This document shows positions 46,351 through 55,682 of a DNA stretch of 64,000 bases, piece by piece. Below the pieces are notes generated by a model. That model worked only from the letters and a program-made list of their open reading frames with translations, was not told the origin of the DNA and searched no databases. The DNA comes from an uncultured Gammaproteobacteria bacterium (GTDB lineage Bacteria > Patescibacteriota > Microgenomatia > Daviesbacterales > UBA10151), in the NCBI GenBank assembly GCA_964396715.1, contig CAYNFQ010000001.1, forward strand, positions 117,873 to 181,872, written 5' to 3'. A program made the translations under genes and the position numbers. Numbering within the stretch: position 1 is the first letter of the stretch; every line of letters starts with the position of its first letter.

Positions 46351-49031
46351 AGAAAAGAATTGCCTTAATGTTTTTTCTGATCTTACCCTTTTTTTGGATT
46401 TTTTGGTTACCTGGCCCTAGGGTGGCAACAGATTATCACCTGACCACAAAGGAAACCCAGCTGGATAACCTGTTTCCCTGGATCTGGAGAGAAACCAGTG
46501 TGGCAGATGGTTTGGGGGAATATACTGCTATTACTCTTTGGTCACAGCCGCTTCATTCATTTTTCGCCAGTCTATATCAGATTAATTTACCTTTTTCATT
46601 TTTGACAAAGCTGCTTGTCGGATTAATTATCCTGCTTAGTATTATTTCCATGCTCAAGCTTTTAGATTATTTGAAAATTAAAAGTCCGTATCAAGAAGTT
46701 GGTGTAATTTTTTACATATTAAATACATTTTTTTTACTTCTCCTTGACGGTGGACAGTTGGCCTTGACACTTGCTTACGCAGTTTTTCCTCTCTCGGTTT
46801 ATTGTTTTCTGCTACTCATGCAAACAGCAAATTTGAAAAGAAGACTTTTATTTGCTTTCAGCGTCCTGGCAATTTCCATATTTGATATCAGGATTGTTTA
46901 TTTGCTGTTTATGGTCTGTGCCATTTTTGTCCTGTTTAAATTTTTTTTATCACCTTCAAAAAAAGAAGTTGTTTTAGTTTTTAAAGAGGTTTTACTATCA
47001 GCAATATTTACCATACTGATAATTTTTCCCTTTCATGCTTACTGGATACTACCTGCTTTAGTTGTTAAGACACCACAGTTGCCGCAGACTTATGAGAGAG
47101 TTTCCCAGATAGATTTTTTAAGCTTTTCCACACTGCTTCATTCCCTAATTTTGAATCAGCCCCACTGGTATAAAAATATCTTTGGTAAAATATCAGAGGT
47201 AAGTTTTGAGTTTTTGCTGATTCCCGCAACAGCTTTTATCTCTTTAGCCCTAGTTAGGAGAAATACCCAGGTTGCTTTCTGGTCACTTATTGCAATCTTG
47301 GGAATTTTTCTCTCCAAGGGTTCAAATCCACCCCTGCCTCAAATTTATTCTTATCTTTTTGCCAGCATTCCCGGATTTTCAATTTTCCGTGATCCTGCCA
47401 AATTTTATTTTCTAATTTGTATCGCGTACACAATATTAATAGGATTTTCTCTTCAGGCGATGGGTAAGTTAGCAAAAATTATCCCATTTGTTTTTCTTTT
47501 GTATATAGTCTGGCTTGCCAGGCCGGTATATCTTGGACAAATGAGCGGACTATTTTCCTTCCCATCTTTTGAAAAAGAATTTAATTTACTATCAGAGGTA
47601 ATAAAAGAAGACAAACAATTCTCCCGGGTTTTCTGGATTCCCAATTCAGCACCTTTAGGTTATGTTGGTCCCAATCACCCGCAAGTTGAAGCTTCCAGGT
47701 TATCTAAAAAAAGGCCTTTTGCCGCAGCAACAGTAGGAACTTATGAGACATTTAATTTCTTAAGAGAGGCACCTTTCATGGGAGAAATTTTTGATGTGTC
47801 GGGGATTGGATATATTGCATATCCCTATATAGACAAACAAAGGGAGGAGGCGGATTTTGATAAAGAAAAATATTACTACACATTTTTAAATCAACTGTCC
47901 AAACTTCCCTGGGTTTCCAAAGTTGAATATTCGGGTATGCCGCTGCTTAAAGTCAAAAATCACCAGGATAAATTTTTTGTTACGGGAAATACCTGGTGGA
48001 TAATAGGGGATGATAGTTTATATAAAGAGTCAACCAAAAGTGCTACGCTTAAATTATCCAAAAACAGTTTGATTTTTACCGAAGAGCATGCGGGTTTGGG
48101 GAAAAGACTGGATGAGGTTTCGGATGCCAAAATTATACTGAATAAAAAAAGCAACATAGACCTTGCAGCAAGTTTTATTGATGCCTCAAAACTTTTTTTT
48201 CCGGCAAAAAGCCTTAATTTCAGTCCCGATGAATCAGGTTGGTGGAAAAGGGAGGCGGTGGATTTGGTTTGGTGGAGAGATTTTTTACAAAACAAATACG
48301 GGATAGATAATAAGGATTTTGATTTAGGAGGAGGATGGGCGGTGGGGGAAGGGTATTCAAAGTTCAAAGTTCAAAGTTCAAAGTTCAAAAAGGACAATAT
48401 TTTGCTGGCAAGAGTAATGGAAAGTTCCAGAAGTGGGAATTTGAAATTTTATCAAGACAATCAACTAATCGGGGAAGTGGGAACTAAAATTAACGGAGAT
48501 GCCAATGTTAGATGGTTTGAAGTAGGGGAGTTAAGTGGAAATGGTAGCGGGATTGCTATAGAGTCCACAGGAGATATTAATGTGGTTAATACATTGGCAG
48601 TTTTGGACAAAAACGACTGGGATAGTTTAAAGGATAAAGCCGATAAGCTGCAGGGGAGAGTGGTAAGTTTTGATGACAAGAGTATACAAAATGTAACCGG
48701 CTCCATGGTTTCTTACCGGAGGATAAACCCCACTAAATATATTGTAAATATAGACGGTTTAACAAAGCCGTCATTGTTAGTATTTTCCCAAAATTATGAT
48801 AGTTTATGGAAGATGAGTGGTCAGACTCCCCTGCCACGTTCAGCTAACATGAACGTGGCTCTGCCGGTGTATAGTTTGCTGAATGGATTTAGAGTGGAAC
48901 AGGACGGAGAGTATATTGTTGAATTTGAGGCGCAAAAGTATGTTTATTTAGGGTTAGCAATCTCCATAATGACTTTGCTTACAATAACTTTTCTACTCAT
49001 CTTAGGCACCAGGAGATCATCTAGGCTATAA
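46347..49031 (+). CDS. Giant (894 aa) polytopic membrane protein, divergent family B paralog
   Basis: N-terminal multi-TM, FRDPAKFYFL (aligns to RNPFEKIG), C-terminal LLNGF...DGEYIVEFEAQKYV like DGEYEFSINFDAQK of B1. Confidence 0.65.
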   Translation: MKKRIALMFFLILPFFWIFWLPGPRVATDYHLTTKETQLDNLFPWIWRETSVADGLGEYTAITLWSQPLHSFFASLYQINLPFSFLTKLLVGLIILLSIISMLKLLDYLKIKSPYQEVGVIFYILNTFFLLLLDGGQLALTLAYAVFPLSVYCFLLLMQTANLKRRLLFAFSVLAISIFDIRIVYLLFMVCAIFVLFKFFLSPSKKEVVLVFKEVLLSAIFTILIIFPFHAYWILPALVVKTPQLPQTYERVSQIDFLSFSTLLHSLILNQPHWYKNIFGKISEVSFEFLLIPATAFISLALVRRNTQVAFWSLIAILGIFLSKGSNPPLPQIYSYLFASIPGFSIFRDPAKFYFLICIAYTILIGFSLQAMGKLAKIIPFVFLLYIVWLARPVYLGQMSGLFSFPSFEKEFNLLSEVIKEDKQFSRVFWIPNSAPLGYVGPNHPQVEASRLSKKRPFAAATVGTYETFNFLREAPFMGEIFDVSGIGYIAYPYIDKQREEADFDKEKYYYTFLNQLSKLPWVSKVEYSGMPLLKVKNHQDKFFVTGNTWWIIGDDSLYKESTKSATLKLSKNSLIFTEEHAGLGKRLDEVSDAKIILNKKSNIDLAASFIDASKLFFPAKSLNFSPDESGWWKREAVDLVWWRDFLQNKYGIDNKDFDLGGGWAVGEGYSKFKVQSSKFKKDNILLARVMESSRSGNLKFYQDNQLIGEVGTKINGDANVRWFEVGELSGNGSGIAIESTGDINVVNTLAVLDKNDWDSLKDKADKLQGRVVSFDDKSIQNVTGSMVSYRRINPTKYIVNIDGLTKPSLLVFSQNYDSLWKMSGQTPLPRSANMNVALPVYSLLNGFRVEQDGEYIVEFEAQKYVYLGLAISIMTLLTITFLLILGTRRSSRL
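48356..48390. repeat. Heptanucleotide tandem repeat (TTCAAAG)x4 + 1 imperfect inside giant B3 CDS (encodes SKFKVQSSKFKK)
   Basis: ttcaaagttcaaagttcaaagttcaaagttcaaaa; same CAAAGTT unit as 13593-13627. Confidence 0.9.
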
Positions 49032-49040
49032 TAAGTTAAT

Positions 49041-50303
49041 ATGCTCAGGACGATCTTAAAAACAGCTACTTTGAGACAATCGAGTATTACTTTTGTAGGG
49101 ACAGTTTTAAATGGGTTTTTGGGAGCACTGTTCTACATAGTTATCGCCAGAATTTTGGGGCCCGCGGAATTTGGCTTACTCACTATCTCCATTACCACCT
49201 TAACACTGATTGCCGACATTTCTGATATAGGTACCAATACCGGCTTAATCAGATTTGTTTCTGCCAATTTAGTATCCAGTAAAGATAAGGCATTAAGGTT
49301 TTTAAGACTCAGTTTAGAGGTAAAATTTTTAGTTTGGGCAGCAGTCTCGGTAATAATTTATTTTGCCTCACCATTTTTAGCAGAAATGGTATTTCATAAA
49401 GAAGAACTGGTTACTCCTCTTCGTCTAGCGGTCATCGGTGTAGGGGGAGCCCTTCTTTTTACATTTGCTACCTCTTCACTTCAGGCTTATCAAAGATATT
49501 TTCTGTGGAGTACAATTAATATTTTGACCAATGCCTTAAGACTTATTTTAATAATTATCTTAGGTACTTTTATACATCTTAATATTGAAAATAGTTTGCT
49601 TATTTATATTACTTTACCTTTTTTTGGTTTTTTTGTTGCCCTATTTTTTCTACCAGCTAGAGAAATTTTAAGAAGTAAAAATGAATTCAGTTTAGCAAAG
49701 GAGCTTTTTCAATATAATATCCCGGTGGCGATTTTTACAGTGATCGCAGCTTTCTCAGCCAGATTAGATATCTACTTAAACGCTGCTCTACTGAGCGCCC
49801 ATAAGGTAGGTATTTATGGAGCAGCCACTCAACTGGTTCAGGTGATGCCGCAACTGGTATCGGCTATTGGATTGGTTGCTGCGCCCAAATTTGCCAGCTT
49901 TCAAAACGATGAACAGATGTTAGTGTATTTAAAAAAACTACAGCTTTTAGTGACAGGGTTATGCTTAGCAGGAATTCTATTCATCCCTTTTGTTATTTAC
50001 CTGATACCGCTGCTTTTCGGAACCCAATATCAGGAGGCAATATTACCCTTTATATTTTTATTTTTTGCTATGTTAGTATTTCTTTTCTCAGTACCCGTTC
50101 ATAACAGTGTGATTTTTTATTTTGGCAGACCGGATGTTTTCATCTGGGTTTCCATAGGACATTTATTAATAATCGGGGGGTTAGGGTATTTGATGATTTC
50201 CAACTTGGGAATGGTGGGAGCATCGATTACAGTACTGATAGGAACAACTTTTAACTTTTTATATCCATTAGCGTGGATGCTTTTGAAGTTAAGGAAAAAA
50301 TAA
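49041..50303 (+). CDS. Wzx-like oligosaccharide flippase (MOP/polysaccharide biosynthesis protein family)
   Basis: 420 aa, ~12 TM segments, N-terminal pattern typical of PF01943-type flippases. Confidence 0.7.
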   Translation: MLRTILKTATLRQSSITFVGTVLNGFLGALFYIVIARILGPAEFGLLTISITTLTLIADISDIGTNTGLIRFVSANLVSSKDKALRFLRLSLEVKFLVWAAVSVIIYFASPFLAEMVFHKEELVTPLRLAVIGVGGALLFTFATSSLQAYQRYFLWSTINILTNALRLILIIILGTFIHLNIENSLLIYITLPFFGFFVALFFLPAREILRSKNEFSLAKELFQYNIPVAIFTVIAAFSARLDIYLNAALLSAHKVGIYGAATQLVQVMPQLVSAIGLVAAPKFASFQNDEQMLVYLKKLQLLVTGLCLAGILFIPFVIYLIPLLFGTQYQEAILPFIFLFFAMLVFLFSVPVHNSVIFYFGRPDVFIWVSIGHLLIIGGLGYLMISNLGMVGASITVLIGTTFNFLYPLAWMLLKLRKK

Positions 50304-50304
50304 A

Positions 50305-51096
50305 ATGAAAATATTTGCCAACACCATAGTTAATAATGAGGAAAATTTTATCTGGTTTGCAATCATGAGTGTAGTGGACTTTGTTGATAAAGTTCTGGTT
50401 TGGGATACTGGCTCAACAGATAAAACTGTGGAGATTATCCAGGAAATAAGAAAGCTTAAAGGGGATAAGGTAGATTTTAGGGAAGTGGGTTCGGTAGATA
50501 AATACCAGTTTACAAAGATGAGACAAGCCATGCTTGATGAGTCCAATTGCGACTGGCTGCTGATTTTAGACGGTGATGAAATCTGGTGGGAAGATTCAAT
50601 AAGGAAAGTAGTGAATGAGATTAAGGAAAATGGTTTAAGGATAGAGGGAATAGTTGTGCCGTTTGTAGTCCCGATTGGTGATATTTATCATTTTCAAAAA
50701 GAGTCGGCCGGGCAATATCAGCTGTTGGGACGCAAGGGGCACCTAAGTTTGCGGGCAATTAACAAAAAAATCCCAGGATTGCATGTAGATTGGCCTTATG
50801 GAAAGGAAAGTTATCTGGATATGAATAATAAACCTATCCAGCAGAGAAAAGGAATGATCTTCCTGGATGCTCAATACTTACATGTGACTCATTTAAAAAG
50901 GTCAAGTTCAAAAAGATTTCCTGACAAATTCAAATTTGAATTAGGAAGCAGTAAAAAAGATTTTAAATACCCGGAGGTTTTTTATAATGATACCCCCCTT
51001 TTTGTATCTTCACCCTGGATAAAGATATCCGGACAGGATCTTATTAAATCTCAGATATTGACACCTTTAAGGAAGATAAAAAGAAAATTTATATGA
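50305..51096 (+). CDS. GT-A fold glycosyltransferase (GT2-like)
   Basis: VWDTGSTDKT and LILDGDE (DxD) motifs. Confidence 0.65.
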   Translation: MKIFANTIVNNEENFIWFAIMSVVDFVDKVLVWDTGSTDKTVEIIQEIRKLKGDKVDFREVGSVDKYQFTKMRQAMLDESNCDWLLILDGDEIWWEDSIRKVVNEIKENGLRIEGIVVPFVVPIGDIYHFQKESAGQYQLLGRKGHLSLRAINKKIPGLHVDWPYGKESYLDMNNKPIQQRKGMIFLDAQYLHVTHLKRSSSKRFPDKFKFELGSSKKDFKYPEVFYNDTPLFVSSPWIKISGQDLIKSQILTPLRKIKRKFI

Positions 51097-51788
51097 GTGA
51101 TCCTTCTTCTTTTCAAACATTGGAATCAATGAGTCAGGCTGTCTGGTATAACCAGTGGACTTTAAAACTCTTTGCCAAATATTTAAAAGGAGATATCCTG
51201 GAGGTTGGTTGCGGAATAGGAAATTTTACCAAATCTTTACTAAAATACGGTAAAGTTTGGGCCGTAGATATTAATAGAATATATATAAGCAATATTAAAA
51301 AAGAACAGGGGGATAAAGTGCGGGTTGGGTTTGGTGATATTGCAAAAGGAAAATATTTTTTTGGTAAGCGGAATTTTGATAGCATCGTTTGCCTAAATGT
51401 TCTGGAACATATTGAGAAAGACGATACGGCATTAAAAAATTTATTTGATCTTTTACAAAACAACGGAACTTTAATTCTACTAGTGCCGGCCCACCCTTTT
51501 CTTTATGGCGAAATTGACAGATCAATAGGTCACTTCAGAAGGTATTCTAAAAAAGAATTATTAAACATAATGGAAAGTATAGGCTTTAATATTATTGAAT
51601 CCTGGAGAATAAACTTTTTGGGGGCAATAGGTTGGTTTATTGCGGGAAGGATTTTGAACGAAAATAAAGTTGAAAATGAAAAAATAAAAATATTTAATTT
51701 ATTGGCACCCTTTTTTTTGGCGATTGAAAATATCATTGAACCGCCAATCGGGACTTCTATACTGGTAGTTGCGCAGAAAAAAATATGA
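51093..51788 (+). CDS. Class I SAM-dependent methyltransferase
   Basis: ILEVGCGIGNFTKSL motif I, LNVLEHIEKDD. Confidence 0.75.
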   Translation: MSDPSSFQTLESMSQAVWYNQWTLKLFAKYLKGDILEVGCGIGNFTKSLLKYGKVWAVDINRIYISNIKKEQGDKVRVGFGDIAKGKYFFGKRNFDSIVCLNVLEHIEKDDTALKNLFDLLQNNGTLILLVPAHPFLYGEIDRSIGHFRRYSKKELLNIMESIGFNIIESWRINFLGAIGWFIAGRILNENKVENEKIKIFNLLAPFFLAIENIIEPPIGTSILVVAQKKI

Positions 51789-52525
51789 AAACGCTTTCCA
51801 TTATTATTCCTGTATATAACGAGGAAAAAACTGTTGGAGTATTATTAGGAAAGGTAGTAGATGCGAAATTACCCGCAGGTTTCAAAAAAGAAATAATTAT
51901 TATTGATGATGGATCAACCGATAAAACTGAATCAGTTTTATCGAAATGTCAAATGTCAAACCTGTCTGCCGTCAGGCAAGATGTCAAATGTCAAATTTTT
52001 AGACATAATACAAATCAGGGTAAAGGTGCTGCCATAAGAACAGGTTTAAAGCATGTGACAGGAGACTATATTATTATCCAGGATGCGGACTTGGAATATA
52101 ATCCTGCTGATTATAAAGAGTTGCTTAAGCCGATTTTGGAAAAAAAGGCTAAGGTAGTATACGGCACCAGGTTAAAAAACTATCCATTAAGGTTGTGGGG
52201 GGAAAATAAGACAATACTGCCCTTGCATTTAATAGCAAATAAGTTTTTAACTTTTATGACAAATATGCTTTATGGAAGTAAACTCTCTGATATGGAAACC
52301 TGTTATAAATTATTGACAAAAAATGTCCTAACTGGTTTTGATTTGCAATCAAACAGATTTGAAATTGAACCGGAGATAACCGCCAAAATATTAAAAAGAG
52401 GATTTTCAATTTTAGAAATCCCGATCAAAGTTACTCCCAGAACACACAAAGAAGGTAAAAAAATCAGCTGGAAAGATGGATTTAGGGCTGTATTTAGCTT
52501 AGTTAAATATCGATTTTATGACTAG
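51785..52525 (+). CDS. GT2 polyprenyl-phosphate sugar synthase (DPM1/ArnC-like), paralog of 7739..8455, carrying an in-frame repeat insertion
   Basis: LSIIIPVYNEEKTV...IIIDDGSTDKT, QDADLEYNP; insertion CQMSNLSAVRQDVKCQI absent from paralog. Confidence 0.75.
   Translation: MKTLSIIIPVYNEEKTVGVLLGKVVDAKLPAGFKKEIIIIDDGSTDKTESVLSKCQMSNLSAVRQDVKCQIFRHNTNQGKGAAIRTGLKHVTGDYIIIQDADLEYNPADYKELLKPILEKKAKVVYGTRLKNYPLRLWGENKTILPLHLIANKFLTFMTNMLYGSKLSDMETCYKLLTKNVLTGFDLQSNRFEIEPEITAKILKRGFSILEIPIKVTPRTHKEGKKISWKDGFRAVFSLVKYRFYD
51944..51994. repeat. Composite element inside GT2 CDS: (AAATGTC)x2 - 20-nt core cctgtctgccgtcaggcaag - (ATGTCAA)x2; the core is the reverse complement (1 mismatch) of the 28-nt repeat unit at 61240-61312
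   Basis: Read directly; reverse complement of cttgcctgtcggcagacagg (61255-61274) is cctgtctgccgacaggcaag. Confidence 0.8.
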
Positions 52526-53984
52526 AAAAATTATATTTTTTTTAGGGTTAATAGTATTATTATCAGCTTTCTTAAGATTTTATCATCTGGGAAACAATTA
52601 TATTTTTGGGTTTGATGAAGAGTATCAGGCCACATATGCTATGACTTTGGTTAAGGATATTCATCCTATTTGGATTGGTGTAAGCGCCTCATTTTTGGAT
52701 TATTATTTAGGCCCTTACTTTACTTATTTTAGTGCTTTCTGGCTGATGCTTTCCCAGGGCGATCCTCTGATGACAGCCTATGTTGCCGCTACTGCGGGTG
52801 TTATTACGACAATCGTGATATTTTTTGTGGGGTGGAAATTTTTCAATTTAACTGCCGGAGTGGTCAGCTCGCTTCTCTACGGTGGATTGTCATTGATTGT
52901 TTTTTATGACCAAAAATATTGGAATCCGATGTTTGTCCCCCTCATTGTGCTTTTGATGTTTACTTCCCTTTTGCTGATAAAAAGATCGCCCTGGTGGTGG
53001 TTGCTTTACTCTGCAACGGTAGGGGCAATCTTTGAAACCGACCTTGCTCCCCTGCCGCTGGTGTTAATTGGAGTTTGGTATTTTATAAAAGGAAAATATT
53101 TTCTCAACAAGAGGCTTACTTTAGGCTGTCTTGCGGTATTCCTTTTGTTTTATTGGCCGCTTTTAGTTTTTGACTATCACCATAACTTTAGCAATCTGAC
53201 GGTTTTAGCAAGATACAGTCAGCAGGCAAAACAATCCGGAGCTAAATTTGACCCCAAGAGTAAATTAATGTCAGTTGCAGATACCATGGGCAGGTTTTGG
53301 TATTTAAAACCGGGAGCTCCTAATGCTGATGAATTAAATATTTTTTGCAACTCTCAAAGAACATATCCCTCTCCCTGGGTTTCCGGCATATCTGCTATCT
53401 TACTTTTATATTTTATTAGTACAAGTATTAAAACAGGGAAGAGAGCACATAAGATGCTGGTATATTTTTTGGTAGTATCACTGGGATTTTATTTAATTTA
53501 TACAGGCGGTTCTTTTGAATATTATCTTCATGGTTTCATCACTTTGTTTACTTTAACTGTGGGGATTTTAGTCAGCCAACTTAATAAAAAACTTCAGCCG
53601 GCAGCTTTAATTTTAGTAGCAGTGATTTTAGTATTAGGATTTAACACGGTTTTAAATTCATCAGACAAATATAGCTTGGCACCAAAGAAAAAATTAATAG
53701 CTGAAGTAATGTCGGTGGTTGGCCCCAACAGTTTTTCCATAGATCAGATGGGTACTTGCCACATTTATGAAGGGTGGAGGTATTTATTTAAAATTTACGG
53801 AAAAACACCCTCCATGAGTTTTACAGATCAAAACTTTGCCTGGTTATATCCCCAAGAGGTTAATGATGGCTCCCTCAACTATCATGTAATTTTATCGGAA
53901 TATGGAGTAACTCCGGATCGAGATTTAAGCGGATACGTTAATATTAATGAAGGAGGTTTTTCCGCCTATATTAAAAAAAATTGA
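52518..53984 (+). CDS. GT-C fold membrane glycosyltransferase, ArnT/PMT-like (GT39/GT83)
   Basis: N-terminal LRFYHLGNNYIFGFDEEYQATYAMTL (DE motif in first loop), 488 aa, ~11 TM; follows a polyprenyl-P-sugar synthase GT2. Confidence 0.7.
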   Translation: MTRKIIFFLGLIVLLSAFLRFYHLGNNYIFGFDEEYQATYAMTLVKDIHPIWIGVSASFLDYYLGPYFTYFSAFWLMLSQGDPLMTAYVAATAGVITTIVIFFVGWKFFNLTAGVVSSLLYGGLSLIVFYDQKYWNPMFVPLIVLLMFTSLLLIKRSPWWWLLYSATVGAIFETDLAPLPLVLIGVWYFIKGKYFLNKRLTLGCLAVFLLFYWPLLVFDYHHNFSNLTVLARYSQQAKQSGAKFDPKSKLMSVADTMGRFWYLKPGAPNADELNIFCNSQRTYPSPWVSGISAILLLYFISTSIKTGKRAHKMLVYFLVVSLGFYLIYTGGSFEYYLHGFITLFTLTVGILVSQLNKKLQPAALILVAVILVLGFNTVLNSSDKYSLAPKKKLIAEVMSVVGPNSFSIDQMGTCHIYEGWRYLFKIYGKTPSMSFTDQNFAWLYPQEVNDGSLNYHVILSEYGVTPDRDLSGYVNINEGGFSAYIKKN

Positions 53985-53985
53985 T

Positions 53986-54927
53986 ATGAAAATTGCATTT
54001 TTAAGCAGGTATCAGGGTCAAATTCATCGGGGGGCAGAGAATTTTGTCAGTGAAATTATTCTCCGGTTATCTAAAAAATATGAGGTAGAAATACTGGCGG
54101 GTAAAGAGGCGGATGCTTTGACTAAAATATTAGCAGGACACTACGATATTGTAATTCCCGTCAATGGCAGGTTGCAAAGTCTGATGGCTTCATTGGGAAG
54201 ATTGACAGGGGGATATAAACTGCTGATCACTGGTCACAGCGGCATTGGCCGGGATGACATTTGGAATATCGCAGTTGCAAAGCCTGATGTATTTGTGGCA
54301 CTAACGGATTACATGGCAAACTGGGCCAAAAAATGGGCTTGGGGTACAAAGGTTGTAAAAATCCCAAACGGTATAGACATAAACAAATTTACCCCCAATG
54401 GAGAAAAAATCATAATTGACTTACCCAGACCGATCATTTTATCTGTCGGAGCTTTGGTTTGGTACAAACATCATGAAAGGGTAATCAGGGCAATTAGGGA
54501 TATTGGATATGGGTCGGTTTTAATTGTCGGCGGGGGGCCGGAAAAAGAAAACTTGGAAAAATTAGGCAGAAATCTTTTGGGTAAAAGATTTAAGTTGGCA
54601 AGTTTTAAATATGAGGATATGCCGAAAGTATACAGGTCTTGTAACCTGTTTAGTCTGCCTTCCTGGGATCGGGAAGCCTTTGGTTTGGTTTATCTTGAGG
54701 CGCTCTCTTCTGGTTTAGGAATTGTTGCGCTTGATGATTTATCCAGACGTGAGATAATAGGGGAGGTGGGGATATTAACCGATGTGTCTGATGTCAAAAA
54801 ATATGCCCAGGCTATAAAAGCAGCTTTGGCGGTTAATTGGGAAAGCAGGGCAGTTGAGCAGGCCAAAAAATTTTCCTGGGATAAAGTGGCTAAAAAATAT
54901 GAGGAGGTAATTGAGGAAATTTTATGA
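53986..54927 (+). CDS. GT4 (GT-B) glycosyltransferase
   Basis: REAFGLVYLEALSSGLGIVALDD signature; start at Met14 of ORF, just after upstream stop. Confidence 0.7.
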   Translation: MKIAFLSRYQGQIHRGAENFVSEIILRLSKKYEVEILAGKEADALTKILAGHYDIVIPVNGRLQSLMASLGRLTGGYKLLITGHSGIGRDDIWNIAVAKPDVFVALTDYMANWAKKWAWGTKVVKIPNGIDINKFTPNGEKIIIDLPRPIILSVGALVWYKHHERVIRAIRDIGYGSVLIVGGGPEKENLEKLGRNLLGKRFKLASFKYEDMPKVYRSCNLFSLPSWDREAFGLVYLEALSSGLGIVALDDLSRREIIGEVGILTDVSDVKKYAQAIKAALAVNWESRAVEQAKKFSWDKVAKKYEEVIEEIL

Positions 54928-55682
54928 TTTCAACAGTGGTAGTGACTTTCAATGAAGCGGGACTTTTGAAAGATTGTTTGGCATCTGTCGTTCAAGAGAG
55001 TGATGAAATTGTTATCCTAGATTTAGGATCAGAGGATGACACTTTAAAAATTGCCAAAAGCTTGCAAGCTAAAATTTTTACCCATGCAAGGGTTGAGTAT
55101 GTAGAAGGGGTCCGTGATTTTGCTGTTGCAAAAGCAAAAGGGGATTGGATACTGGTTTTGGATCCCGATGAGAGAATGACTCCTAATTTATGGAAGAAAC
55201 TGAAGGAGATAATCTCAGATGATAAATATGTGGCGGTAAAGATCCCCAGAAAAAATATTTTCTTTGGTCATTGGATTGCCCATACTAATTGGTGGCCTGA
55301 TCAGCATGTCAGGTTTTTCAAAAAAGGAAAAGTCAGTTGGTTACCTAAAATCCACCTTTATCCTAAGGTAGATGGTCAAGTTTTAGAATTGAGTGCCACA
55401 GAAGATTTAGCCATGGTGCATTATGGTTATCAAAGTGTAAACCAGTTTATTAACAGACAAAGCAGGTACGCCACAATCAAGGCACAAAATTTATATGATG
55501 AGGGTATGAGATTTTCCTGGGTTTCCTTTTTTGGGAACCCGGTCAGGGAATTTCTGGTCAGATACATCAGGCATTTAGGCTTTTTGGACCACTTTTATGG
55601 TTTTGCCCTGACATATCTGATGATGGTTTATCAGATTGAGGTGCAGATTAAACTGTGGGAGCTTAAGAAAAACCAAACATGA
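54924..55682 (+). CDS. GT2 glycosyltransferase
   Basis: ISTVVVTFNEAGLLKDCLASV, LDLGSEDDT, DPDE motif. Confidence 0.7.
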   Translation: MISTVVVTFNEAGLLKDCLASVVQESDEIVILDLGSEDDTLKIAKSLQAKIFTHARVEYVEGVRDFAVAKAKGDWILVLDPDERMTPNLWKKLKEIISDDKYVAVKIPRKNIFFGHWIAHTNWWPDQHVRFFKKGKVSWLPKIHLYPKVDGQVLELSATEDLAMVHYGYQSVNQFINRQSRYATIKAQNLYDEGMRFSWVSFFGNPVREFLVRYIRHLGFLDHFYGFALTYLMMVYQIEVQIKLWELKKNQT

